Part shown: positions 37,511 to 50,600 of the stretch, one piece after another
How the letters are laid out: each line of letters starts with the position of its first letter
Position numbering within the stretch: the stretch's first letter is position 1
NCBI GenBank assembly: GCA_032718475.1
Contig: JAUCBJ010009156.1
Span: forward strand, 1 to 64,000
Direction: 5' to 3'
Source: Nemertoderma westbladi
Lineage: Eukaryota; Animalia; Xenacoelomorpha
DNA length: 64,000 nucleotides
Made by a program: the position numbers and the translations under genes
The notes under the pieces: generated by a model
Told to the model about the DNA's origin: nothing
Database searches by the model: none
The model's input: the letters and a program-made list of their open reading frames with translations, nothing else

Positions 37511-38457
37511 CGAAACCCTAATTCAAAGTGGAAATGGAGGCCCAAAACCTTAAGTAAAACTGTCATGTAACCCCAACCTTAAATATTTTGGATCCTAAAT
37601 TCCACAAAATTTCTTAGATTAGAGCATGGGACTTTAAGGTTATAGGGTTACTAATGACTGTTTTAATTAGGGTTTGGGCCTGACCAACTAACCCAACCAC
37701 AAAAATAAACGCCTAGGACACCGGCAGCGTTCTTAATGCAGCTGCTTCCAGCATGTCCATTATAGATAGATAATTGAAACCTGAAAAAGGTGGACAGTCC
37801 AATCACTAATAAATAGCATTGCTTTAATACGTTTCTGATTGGTCAGGCTATTATCTATGTTTTTTGTGCATGTGTCCAGTCCACCTTTCACCTTTTTCAA
37901 ACACACATCTTATTCCCAATTATGTAACTAAGAAAGCGAAAACTTGAAAAAGGTGGACAGACCAATTGCTACAAACTGCTTTACATAATACGTTTCTGAT
38001 TGGTCTGTCCGTTGTCCATGTTTTCTGTACATAGTCCACCTTTTTCAAACACCCCCTGTCAGCCTGTATACACCCTGTACACTCTGGACTACAAACCCGC
38101 CAGCTGACAAGCAACAGAAGAACCTACTGCAGTAGTGCAGTACTGGCTACTGCTGTACTGCAACTGCACAACTCTGCAACTGTAGTAGTACTGTAGTACA
38201 GTAGTAGGCCTACTGACAGACTGAACTGCTGAACTATGCGATAATGAATAATTAATTTGGAGATAACAGAAAAACAGGATAAACTCGTAACTCTCTAATT
38301 TATGTTCCCAGTTCCAGTTGGCCGTACCGTGCCGGTACAGCGGTACTGTCTGACTGTTATGTAGCAGTCAGACAGCAAGACAATACCGATACAAAATACC
38401 AGCTGAACAGTGCGGCTGGCTTCGATAGCCTAACACCTGAATTCCGCAAGTGGTAAG

Positions 38458-38634
38458 ATGGAGATTTTGTTGCGGATTCTATGTTTGTTACTGTTTAGTA
38501 ATTGCCAATTTAATTGTCAGTCGAACAACAACGCCGTCGCCAATGATTCATCGAGTTTGTATTCGGTTGATATGGGAGGTTTATCTGGCGCTGGTTATTA
38601 TGTCGGAGTATCGATTGGAACGCCACCGCAAAAG
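38458..38634 (+). CDS. BACE1: BACE exon 1
   Basis: MEILLRILCLLLFS...GYYVGVSIGTPPQK|gtaggt, phase 0. Confidence 0.88.
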
Positions 38635-41600
38635 GTAGGTCAGTAGGTAGGCCTACCCAGGGCTGGCAAAGTAGGTTTTTGTAAACCTAGGTTTTTGTAG
38701 GTTTTTGTCAAAAACCTAAAATTTGAAAAAAGCCTAAAACTAGGTTTTTAGGTTTTTGATTTTTCATCTTTAATTTGCCTTTTAATTTCATTTGTACACT
38801 CAAAACAACTGAACAAGTATACTTGCATTGTCAGCTGATGAGTTCGTTCCAGTCCAGTCCAGTTGTCTTGTCACTACTGACAAGCTGACTGTTGCAAGGG
38901 TCCTACTAATTACCCCAACCTACCACAATCTACCCCAACCTACCACAATCTACCGCAATCTACCCCAACAATTCGATAGAGGCATTTAATTACCACAATA
39001 TTATTTTACATTGGTATCTAATTACCACAATATACAGAACTCAAGTGTCTATTTACCACAAGACTACACTGCATCTAATTACCACAATATTATTTTTTAT
39101 TTTACATTGGCATCTAATTACCACAATATATAGAACGCAAGTGTCAGAGTGTCTATTTACCACAAGACTACACTGCATCTAATTACCACAATATTATTTT
39201 ACAATGGCATCTAATTACCACAATATACAGAACTCAAGTGTCTATTTACCACAAGACTACACTGCATCTAATTACCACAATATTATTTTACATTGGCATC
39301 TAATTACCACAATATACAGAACTCAGTGTCTATTTACCACAAGACTACACTGCATCTAATTACCACAATATTATTTTACATTGGCATCTAATTACCACAA
39401 TATACAGAACTCAAGTGTCTATTTACCACAAGACTACACTGCATCTAATTACCACAATATTATTTTACATTGGCATCTAATTACCACAATATACAGAACT
39501 CAAGTGTCTATTTACCACAAGACTACACTGCATCTAATTACCACAATATTATTTTACATTGGCATCTAATTACCACATTATACAGAACTCAAAATAATGT
39601 AAAAATGTAAAATATAAAATGTAAAATAATATTGTGGTAATTAGATGCTGTGTAGTCTTGTGGTAAATAGACACTTGAGTTCTGTATATTGTGGTAATTA
39701 GATGCCAATGTAAAATAATATTGTGGTAATTAGATGCAGTGTAGTCTTGTGGTAAATAGACACTTGCGTTCTGTATATTGTGGTAATTAGACACCAATGT
39801 AAAATAATATTGTGGTAATTAGATGCAGTGTAGTCTTGTGGTAAATAGACACTTGCGTTCTGTATATTGTGGTAATTAGACGCCATTGTAAAATAATATT
39901 GTGGTAATTAGATGCCTCTATCGAATTGTTGGGGTAGATTGCGGTAGATTGTGGTAGGTTGGGGTAGATTGTGGTAGGTTGGGGTAATTAGTAGGACCGA
40001 CAAAAACCTAGCGAAAACCTTCAAAAACCTGCAAAAACCTTCCAAAAACCTACAAAAACCTTGCAAAAACCTAAAACCTAAAAATTTTTCTGAAAAACCT
40101 ATGGTTTTTGCCAGCCCTGGGCCTACCTACAGACAGAGGTGCAGCCAATTGCAGAATTGGTGCAGGCGCAGCCGCAGGACTGCAGCCCTGCAGGGGTGGG
40201 CTCTGGGCTGAGGTGGGGTGGGTTGGCAGGTTGGGTTGATGTTCATGTCCGATTCCGAAATTCCACAAACATTGTCTCATCATTGACCAATACGTGAATT
40301 GTAGTGGTAGATATGACGCGCTGACGCGACGTCTAAGAAGGTGAGTGAATGTTTACTTTGAACTTTATACTGTTATACCGGTAGACAACAATAACTTAGA
40401 TTGGCCTATTAACGCTACGGAAACTGAGTGAAGGAATAAAATCAAAGAGCCTTCCTGCAATGTAGACATTTATCAACTTCAAGAAAGCATTCGTCTGAGA
40501 TTGACTCCATCCATAGCTGCATAGAATTTCCAGCAAAATGCTTGAAATTTTAAGAGCTTAGGCCCTATGAATTATCAGATGCAATCGTTGCTGACATTCG
40601 ATTATTATATTGTGATACAGACAGAAGCTCAGGTACTTTCACCAGATGGTGAAACTAGGTTCTTCTCAATCCTGGCTGGTCTACTGCAACTGCTGCAAGG
40701 CGACACATTGGCTTCGTTACCATTTAGTGTTTATAATTGTAAAGGGTTATGAATGAACCATCAGTCTGCTTTTTAATACGAGTTCAGATGCACAGCTTCT
40801 ACTGAACAAAGTGGAAAGGGCTGCTAAGGAGGTTGGATTGCATAAAGAATACATGACTTTTAATGTTTCATGGAAACTATTTCACCAAACTTTATAATAC
40901 AGTAATAATCCACTAAGTGAAGTTTATGACTTCCAGTACCTTGCTTTATAAATAAAAAAAGAAAACTTTAGTTAGGAAAGCAAAGGCATGGAAGCGAACG
41001 GTTATGAGACCAACTTGAAAGGGATACTGAACTTGGGAGAAAGGAAAGTGCAACTATGGAGAATCGGGAAGCCTGGAAGGATCTCATTTCCACTGAACTA
41101 GATTGCTCGACGTAGTAGTATAGGCCCCCAGATTCCATGAAATTCTGTATAGGTCTATACATTGGATTGGTGCTTGAATTTATATGCAGTTTGGCAAACA
41201 GTGTAAAAATTTATGGTTATTAATTGATTATGTATCCGTTTTTTTTTAATTTAGAGAGATAGCCTGGTTTGTTTGTTTATCATACTGCTTAAAGCAGAAA
41301 ATGTCAACACATTTTTTATGTTAAAAAAGTATCACTAACTTTAAAATCTTATGCACGTTATGCTGATATGTATATTGAAAGATTGAAATATTATATTTGA
41401 AACTCAAATAATGCGATACGTGTTTCGGTTATTGGCGTAGATTAATGGGATATCAATACACTTATACATTACTCAATTAATTTACTCAATTACTGTATTT
41501 ACTTTCATGTACTTTAATTTTTCTATTTCTTCCCTCATCACAACTGTCTGTAATTATTCCAACTATACCGAGAAGGAATAGCGTTATTGCACACAATCCG

Positions 41601-44600
41601 CAAATTATGAACAAAGCCGGAATATGGAGGGATGGAGCTGATTGAGTTTTACTTCGTGGGGGTTCATATTTATTTTCACTCCGAATAATAGATACGTTAA
41701 ACTTAATTGTTGTGTGTCTCTCTCCATCGACGTTCACGATTCGGTCTCCTTTAATTGTTGCTGAGTACACTCCTTCAACCGTAAACTTTCTTTCCAATAC
41801 TCTATTATTGCTCCCATAATTAATTAGTTCACCATCGGGCGCGTACCATAAGAATTGCACCGGACTGGCAGTCATCACGTCATCCAGACTGTTTCCATGG
41901 AAACCCCACTTGATGATGACTTTTGATGTAGTGCTTGCGAATACCTGATTCGATTTACTATCAAGTGATCGTGTTTGAATACCGCGGGCATCCTGAATTA
42001 GTTTCAGTTCTAACTCAGTTACAAGCAGATTTGTTTTTACTACCGGTACTTTAAAATATTGCGTCTCCATCTCACAAACATATTGACCTTTCACTTCTTT
42101 CCTTGTATCTAAGTTAAATACAGATTCGTTACTAACAGATTTCCTTGCGTCATTGATGTAATACCATTTAACTTTTGGTTCCGGATTTGCTCTATCGTAA
42201 TTACATTGTAAAGTGAAAACTCCTGTGATGTTAGATTTCTTAGTTTCATTGCTGTATTGATATGTAACATTATGTGTCATCAGAATAAATATGGCGGAGA
42301 TGAGGTTTCCCTTTGTGTCAGTTATGTTGATGTTGTTTGGGGGAAAGACAGCGGTAACGGTTACAGAGCAGTGTGGAGTTGGTAGAAGAGGTGGGAGAGC
42401 AACATGCTTGGCGACACAAGTAAAGGTTAAATTCCTTCGCAAGGTGATTGAGTCGATGTTATGGGAAGTGTTTGGGATACTGAAATACAATTGGGAAGCT
42501 TTTCCTTCTGGTGTTTTTACATCATGTTTTCTGATTGTAGAGAATTCTATTTGGTCTGTGTTTCCGGTGAATGCATCTTCTATATCGTTTTTATTTAATT
42601 TTGGCAGGATTTTATCCGAATTGTATAAAAAGCAATTCACCGGCCTCCAAGTATCCCTCATGTACGGAACGATACAGGTTGTAACGTTATCCGCAGCACT
42701 TTCTCCGATGTAACTTATAGGACAAATACACCTAAGTTGCCAGGATTGAGGCACGTAATTGAGACAGTCCACACCATTGCTACTATGCTTCATTGTTTGG
42801 ATCGTGCATGGGTCTAGTGTTCTCATTAGTCTTTTTGAAGTCCGCTGAGAATGATTAAAGTAATTTACATAAGATATATCACTAGTGAGGTTTTTGAATA
42901 CACACTTATTATCAGAATGGTAGTATGCTTTAACAATAGATTTCCTTTTTTCAGCAACCTTAGACGGGGCGTTGTACACTATTTCTGCCAGTTCCCGCGT
43001 CACTTCATTGATAAACTCATCAAACGATATAACCCCCCCATTTATGTCTTTATAACCCCTGTTAATTTCTAGAATATTACTTCTCTGCGTTAACGATGCC
43101 TCATCTGGTATAATTTTCCTATGGGACAGCTTGCTGTTGCAAGGGGAAGAACTTTTACCTTCATTACCACCCTGGTCATGAAACTGCCGAGTTATCCAGT
43201 TCAGTTTATCGTCGTACCTGAACAATATCTTCATGCAGAATGTTTCGTTAGTTCCGAATACTGCCAAAGTATAGGAGTCGTTGTTTAGTGCGTCGTCCAG
43301 GCAACTATCATGAACTAAATAGCGAGCCCCTATAGCGAAGCCGAAGGCAGATGTTTCGTATTTAAAATTAGAGTAGTTGGTTGATAACATGATGTTGTTT
43401 ATGTTGTTGATGTAGCTGTCGATCTCATCTCGAACACTCCACCGATTGGATTCATCACCACATTCGGAAAGTCCCTCATCGATAATAAAGTGGTCAAGAA
43501 AGGATTTATCTGCACCCACATGCATTACACATGTCGTTATGTCGTAAGGGTATGTTTTGAACTTTGCTGAGGTGTGATATTGCCTAGTGAGTCCAGATGG
43601 TTGACCTTTGTGTGTGATTTTATCTGTAACGTTTGGACACTTGAATATTATAGGTGATGTTCCATCAGTTCCATCCAAACTAAAATACCAATCCATTCCT
43701 GATAACTTTTCCTCGCAACCATTTTGGATTTTTTCCCCATTTGGTTTCCGTAGACCAGAAATTAATATTATGCTTACTAGCAACTCGTAAATCATTGTAT
43801 ATATATAATTTAGTGTAGGTTTCTGGTTTATATTATAATAATCAATGACTGGAACAATTGTAATCGATATACACCATGTCCCATAATATAGTGTCGTAAT
43901 TCAGTGACACCCCCCCCCCCCCCCCCTCCCCCTAATTTTTCTACAAATCTTAATGAGATTGCATGAAATTTGAAACAGAGATAGTTTCACCTCCCGACCA
44001 CTGACTGGGTGAGCCAGAATTTTTATTTTTAGAATCTTTAGCTACAAGCGTTTAAAAAAGTGTCTCCAGCGATATTACACCAGTTACACCGCAGTTATTC
44101 TTCTACCTTATAGCTGTTTGTTGGTACCAATGAAAAGCTGGCCATGCAAGGATTCCAAATATGTAACACAATTTGAATTTCGTTGAAAAATAGCTGAGAT
44201 ATGGGCGTTCAAATGTTGCATGGTTTTGCAACGACGCGAGGCTATTTTATTCTATTTAATAAATAAACCATGTTCTGGAACATTTTTTAAATGTAGGAAT
44301 AGCTACTTAATAGTATGATTAAAGATGTAATGCATTGTTGCCCAGCTACGTTTTGGATAAACAAAATATTCCAGATTGTGATGTATTTATTAAACAGAAT
44401 AAATAGCCTCGCGTAGGTGCATAACCATGCAAAATTTGAACGCCCATATCTCAGCTATTTTTCAACGAAATTCAAATTGTGTTACATATTTGGAATCCCT
44501 GCACGGCCAGCTTTCCACTAGTACCAACAAATCACTAAAAAAGTTTGAAGAATAACTGCGGTGTAACTGGTGCAATATCGACGAAGACACTTTTTTTAGA

Positions 44601-47600
44601 CGATTGTAGCTAAAGAATGAAAGCAAAAATGAAACTTCTGACTCACCCACTAAGGAGGAGGGAGGTGAAACTAACTCTGTTTCAAATTTCATGCAATCTC
44701 ATTACGATTTGTAGAAAAATTGGCTGGAGTTCCGCCCGTGGCTACATTTTGATCATAATAGTTCCGCCCGTGGCTACATTTTGTTCTTATAGTTCCGACC
44801 GTGGCTACATTATGTTCTTACAGTTCCACCCATGGCCACTTTGTTCTTATAGTTCCGCCCGTGGCTACATTAAGTTCTTATAGTTCCGCCCACGGCTACA
44901 TTTTGTCCTTATAGTTACGCCCGTGGCTACATTTTGTTCTTATAGTTCCGCCCATGGCTACATTATGTTCTTATAGTTCCGCCCGTGGCTACATTAAGTT
45001 CTTATAGTTCCGCCCGTGGCTACATTTTGTCCTTATAGTTCCGCCCGTGGCTACATTTTGTTCTTATAGTTCCGCCCGTAGCTACATTTTGTTCTTATAG
45101 TTCCGCCCGTGGCTACATTTTGTCCTTATAGTTCCGCCCGTGGCTACATTTTGTTCTTATAGTTCCGCCCACGGCTACATTTTGTTCTTATGGTTCCGCC
45201 CGTAGCTACATTTTGTTCTTATAGTTCCGCCCGTGGCTATATTTTGTTCTTATAGTTCCGCCCCTGACTACATTAAGTTCTTATAATTACGCCCGTGGCT
45301 ACATTTTGTTTTTATAGTTACGCCCGTTTCTACATTTTGTTCTTATAGTTCCGCCCATGGCTACATTTTGTTGTTATAGTTCCGCCCGTGGCTACATTTT
45401 GTTCATATAGTTCCGCCCGTGGCTACATTAAATTCTTATATTTCCGCCCGTGGCTACATTTTGTACTTATAGTTCCGCCCACTAAAAATATTTTTTTAGA
45501 ATATTAGCTAATCTGCTGGCTATAATTTCAAAAAATAGAAGCTAAAAAAGTTCCGTACTCCTCCCCACTAGCTACCATAAATAATAATTTTTTTGCAGCG
45601 GGATGTTTTAGAAAATTAATATGTTAGAAAGTGCTTAAATATAGCTAGTACATTTTTTATAAACACCAGCTAACAGTATATTTTAATCAATAACTTACAT
45701 GTTCTAGAACATTTAAGACAACAAAAAATTAAAATACTTGCTAGTATAAAAATACAGTTAAAAACGCTCTACCGCCAATAAGAAAGCATGTGGCCCAGAT
45801 CGTTTATATTATGAACACGCCAAACAAGCACTGCCTCTAATTATCACCATTTTAACTGCACTATTTAACCTTTGTCTCGATGCAGGTAGACTTCCGGCTA
45901 TTTGGAAACAGAACTTTATAAAAATCCTATACAAAGGCAAAGGCTCTATAGCGGACCCAAACAGTAGGGTTGGTGACTCAAAAAAAAATTTATATAAACA
46001 CGATCATAAAATGTAAAAAGGTGTGCTGATCACGAATTTGAAAAAAAACCGTTTTTAAATTCATCGAGTTCCGGCTGACATTGAGGGGTTTATACACAAG
46101 CGCGGGAAAATCTTAGTTTAAACGCTCTGATTTACTCAAGGTGAGGTCATGCAGCGAGCGGATTGTTGAAATTAGCGTGGGCCGATCTTTTCCCTTTTTA
46201 TGGCACTATTTTCATAATATTTCCTTAGAAACTTCTTTTATGCTACTTTTGTTAGGTGGATATGATGACCAGGGTTCACAGAAATGTAATAAAATGTCTC
46301 TGGAATTTTTATCTTGTAGTTGCCAAGGTAACCGGGTGCAAAGTTAAAACTTGCCTGTATTTCAAGGCGACAATGGATTCTTCCCTTGAGATTTGGTAGG
46401 TGATTAAAAGAAATCAAAGTCTATCAAAATATTTTACATTTGAATTTGTTTACATTTCCGTTGCCATGGAAATACGTATAATGAAAAATTTTAAAAATTG
46501 TCTACCAATTCTATAAAACACCATTTTTATTCGGGTTGTCAGTCTAAATAATAAGTTAAAATTGCCAACATTTTATTTTATAATTCGTCAATTGTGAATC
46601 ATATTTTTAAAAGTCAATATTTACCAATAAACTAAACTGTCCAATCAGAGAGCAAGACCTGTGATAGCATGATTTTGACATTCCAGAATATTAAATTTCG
46701 GTTAGCAATTATTAGAAATAAAGGACAGCCACCAGGCATGTTTGTTTAAAATTATATAAGTAGTAAATAGTAGCCCAATTTCTATGTGGCGGTCATAATG
46801 GGAAATTATCGTAATTCCCGTCACCATGGAAACGGGATTGAAAATAAATTTAAATTTACAATATTTTGATAGACTTTTATTCCCTTTACTCATATACCAA
46901 ATCTCAAGAACAGAATCCATTGTCGTCTTGAATTACAGGCGCTCGAAATTTGAACTTTGTACCCGGTTACCTTGGCAACTACAAGATAAAAAATTCCAGA
47001 AAGATATTTTATTACAGTTCTATGAACCCTAGTCATCATATCCACCTAACCAAAGTTGCATAAGAGAGGTTTCTAAGAAAATATTATGAAAATAGTGTCA
47101 TAAATAGGGAAACGATCGGCCTCCGCTAATTTCAGGAATCCGCGCGCTGCATGACCTGTTATGATTTACTGTACCACTTTGTCGCTAGGCAACGCTAACA
47201 ACATTCACTAGCTAACAGCATACAGTTTACTATTGTTGGATGTAGGCTAATTTTATGCTTCTCTCTGCACTTAAAGAAAAAGAAAGAAAAATGTTGCGGT
47301 TTAATTGGATCATTCACCAAGCTACACCTGCTTTCGATTGAAACCTGCATGAAAATATATAACGCGAAGATCGCCACAATGCTTTTCTACGCTTTTTCTT
47401 CATATAGCCGCTTTCTGAAACTCAATCACTTGTAGGAATTAGATAAAGTTAAATCGGGGTGTATTAAACGGGATCTAGGATTGCACATTTCAGCCTCCTC
47501 AACCCTGGCTTATAAACTGGTCGGAGGGGTTCTAGAAGAGCTCATCAGAAGAACGCCTCATCTTATCAAACCTAATGTCCGGGACGCTTTTGCAGCCTAC

Positions 47601-50600
47601 CGACAAGAGCGGGAATTAAACTTCGACAGGGCAGGGTATTTCAACGGACCAGACTTCATAACGAGCACTTGGAAAAAACCGTGTCAGAAGAACCGGCACA
47701 TATTGACACGCACGACCTCACACGGATTCCACCACAAAATATGCACACACTCACGTCCTTTTCACGAGATATCGGTATCGCTCACAACAGTGTTCCTACA
47801 TTTATCACGTCTTGGATTGTCATGAATGCCCCTCGCTATCGGATCTTGCCCGCTCTTAAATTACTTTATTACTGTATTATCAATATTACTAACTTATTTA
47901 TTTACTTAATAATTTTAAATTCTAATTAAGTTCTACTGTATGACCGGATTTCACCATTTACCCCGCGTATATTAAATAATCATCAAAATTCAAAAATAAA
48001 AGACAAAAATGTGTTCCAAAAACTAGCTTGTATAGAAATTATTCTAGAACAAATAATATTTGTTCTAGAACATACATTTTTATTTAATCTATAACTGACA
48101 TGTTCTAGAACATTTAAAACTACAAAAAGCGAAAACACTAGCTAGTATAAAAAAGAAGTACAGTTAAAAATCCAAAAATGTAGCCACGGGCGGAACTGAC
48201 CCTGAAATATTTTCTTTAGGGGGGCGGGCAGGTACCTGAATAACGACACGATATTCCAGGACATGTTGTATAAAATAAGAGTTCCGTATAGCATTACATT
48301 TATAAAACGTATGTCATTGTTACCTTGGCAACTCCTCTCCACCAGTTCCGTACTCCTCCCCACTAATTCCGTACTCTTCCCCACTAGTTCCGTACTCTTC
48401 CCCACTAGTTCCGTACTCCTACCCACTAGTTCCGTACTCCTCCCCACTAGTTCCGTACTCCTCCCCACTAGTTCCGTACTCTTCCCCAATAGTTCCGTAC
48501 TCCTCCCCACTAGTTCCGTACTCTTCCCCACTAGTTCCGTACTCCTACCCACTAGTTCCGTACTCCTCCCCACTAGTTCCGTACTCCTCCCCACTAGTTC
48601 CGTACTCTTCCCCAATAGTTCCGTACTCCTCCCCACTAGTTCCGTACTCTTCCCCACTAGTTCCGTACTCTTCCCCACTAGTTCCGTACTCTTCCCCACT
48701 AGTTCCGTACTCCTACCCACTAGTTCCGTACTCCTCCCCACTAGTTCCGTACTCCTCCCCACTAGTTCCGTACTCTTCCCCAATAGTTCCGTACTCCTCC
48801 CCACTAATTCCGTACTCTTCCCCACTAGTTCCGTACTCTTCCCCACTAGTTCCGTACTCCTACCCACTAGTTCCGTACTCCTCCCCACTAGTTCCGTACT
48901 CCTCCCCACTAGTTCCGTACTCTTCCCCACTAGTTCCGTACTCCTCCCCACTAGTTCCGTACTCTTACCCACTAGTTCCGTACTCCTCCCCACTAGTTCC
49001 GTACTCCTCCCCACTAGTTCCGTACTCTTCCCCAATAGTTCCGTACTCCTCCCCACTAGTTCCGTACTCTTCCCCACTAGTTCCGTACTCTTCCCCACTA
49101 GTTCCGTAGTCTTCCCCACTAGTTCCGTACTCCTCCCCACTAGTTCCGTACTCCTCCCCACTAGTTCCGTACTCCTCCCCACTAGTTCCGTACTCTTCCC
49201 CACTAGTTCCGTACTCCTCCCCACTAGTTCCGTACTCTTCCCCACTAGTTCCGTACTCCTCCCCACTAGTTCCGTGCTCCTCCCCACTAGTTCCGTACTC
49301 TTCCCCAATAGTTCCGTACTCCTCCCCACTAGTTCCGTACTCTTCCCCAATAGTTCCGTACTCCTCCCCACTAGTTCCGTAGTCTTCCCCACTAGTTCCG
49401 TACTCCTCCCCACTAGTTCCGTACTCCTCCCCACTAGTTCCGTACTCCTCCCCACTAGTTCCGTACTCTTCCCCACTAGTTCCGTACTCCTCCCCACTAG
49501 TTCCGTACTCTTCCCCACTAGTTCCGTACTCCTCCCCACTAGTTCCGTGCTCCTCCCCACTAGTTCCGTACTCTTCCCCAATAGTTCCGTACTCCTCCCC
49601 ACTAGTTCCGTACTCCTCCCCACTAGTTCCGTACTCCTCCCCACTAGTTCCGTACTCCTCCCCACTAGTTCCGTACTCCTCTCCACTAGTTCCGTACTCC
49701 TCCCCACTAGTTCCGTGCTCCTCCCCACTAGTTCCGTACTCCTCCCCACTAGTTCCGTACTCTTCCCCAATAGTTCCGTACTCCTCCCCACTAGTTCCGT
49801 ACTCTTCCCCAATAGTTCCGTACTCCTCCCCACTAGTTCCATACTCTTCCCCACTAGTTCCGTAATCCTCCCCACTAGTTCCGTACTCCTCCCCACTAGT
49901 TCCTTACCCCTTTAATGAGTTTATTACTTTTGTTAGAAACTCTTTAAAAAGAATACTACCATTAACAATGTTTTATTGTTTTTTTTAGATCAACGTGTTG
50001 GTGGACACAGGCAGTAGCAACCTCGCAGTAGCTTGTACATCCTTTCCTATAATACAAGGTAGACATTACGATAGAAAACTTAGTTCTACTGACGTGGATG
50101 AGAACGTCTCTGTGGATATTGGTTACACTGAGGGCAACTTGTAAGTAATTTTATAGCGAGGGAAATAACAAAACGAGGGCCGTAAAAGCTTTCTTATTTA
50201 TTTACTTATAAACTATAAAATACTATAAACTATAACTATAAAATGTTGTTTTATTTAAAATATTCACTTTGAATTAGAAGTTTAACGTCACAAAGTTATC
50301 GCAGATTTGAGGTCAATTCTGAAATTTTGTGTAATTAAATAATATTGACCGCTATAATAGATATACATTGTAATTGAAGATGCAATTTCTAGAGTGAAAC
50401 TTCTAGATCATTGATTGGATAATTATTTTATTGTCCGCAGATGCGGACAAATAAAGTCTTTATTGTCCGCACTTTTGCAGGCAATAAAGGAGATATTATA
50501 AAGAAATAATATTTGCCATTGACATAAAACTAAAATTGAGAGAATATAAATATATTATAACAAAATGGTCTCACTTGCCGTTTTCTATTGAAATATTGTC

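Larger units (their letters stand above)
21903..38058. mobile_element. hAT-like TIR element that hosts BEL element B
   Basis: Inverted ends cagcgggtgtttgaaaaaggtggact (21903) and agtccaccttttttcaaacaccccctg (38058) with repeated subterminal aaaaaggtggac motifs; no clean 8-bp TSD seen. Confidence 0.6.

Noticed and set aside
39381-39886. Short repeated ORFs MASNYHNIQ...
   Set aside because: Artefacts of the ~89-bp foldback units.
48142-49915. 584-aa and 550-aa ORFs on opposite strands
   Set aside because: They are translations of a stop-free 21-bp minisatellite (ELVGRST / SSVLLPT); there is no evidence of coding function.
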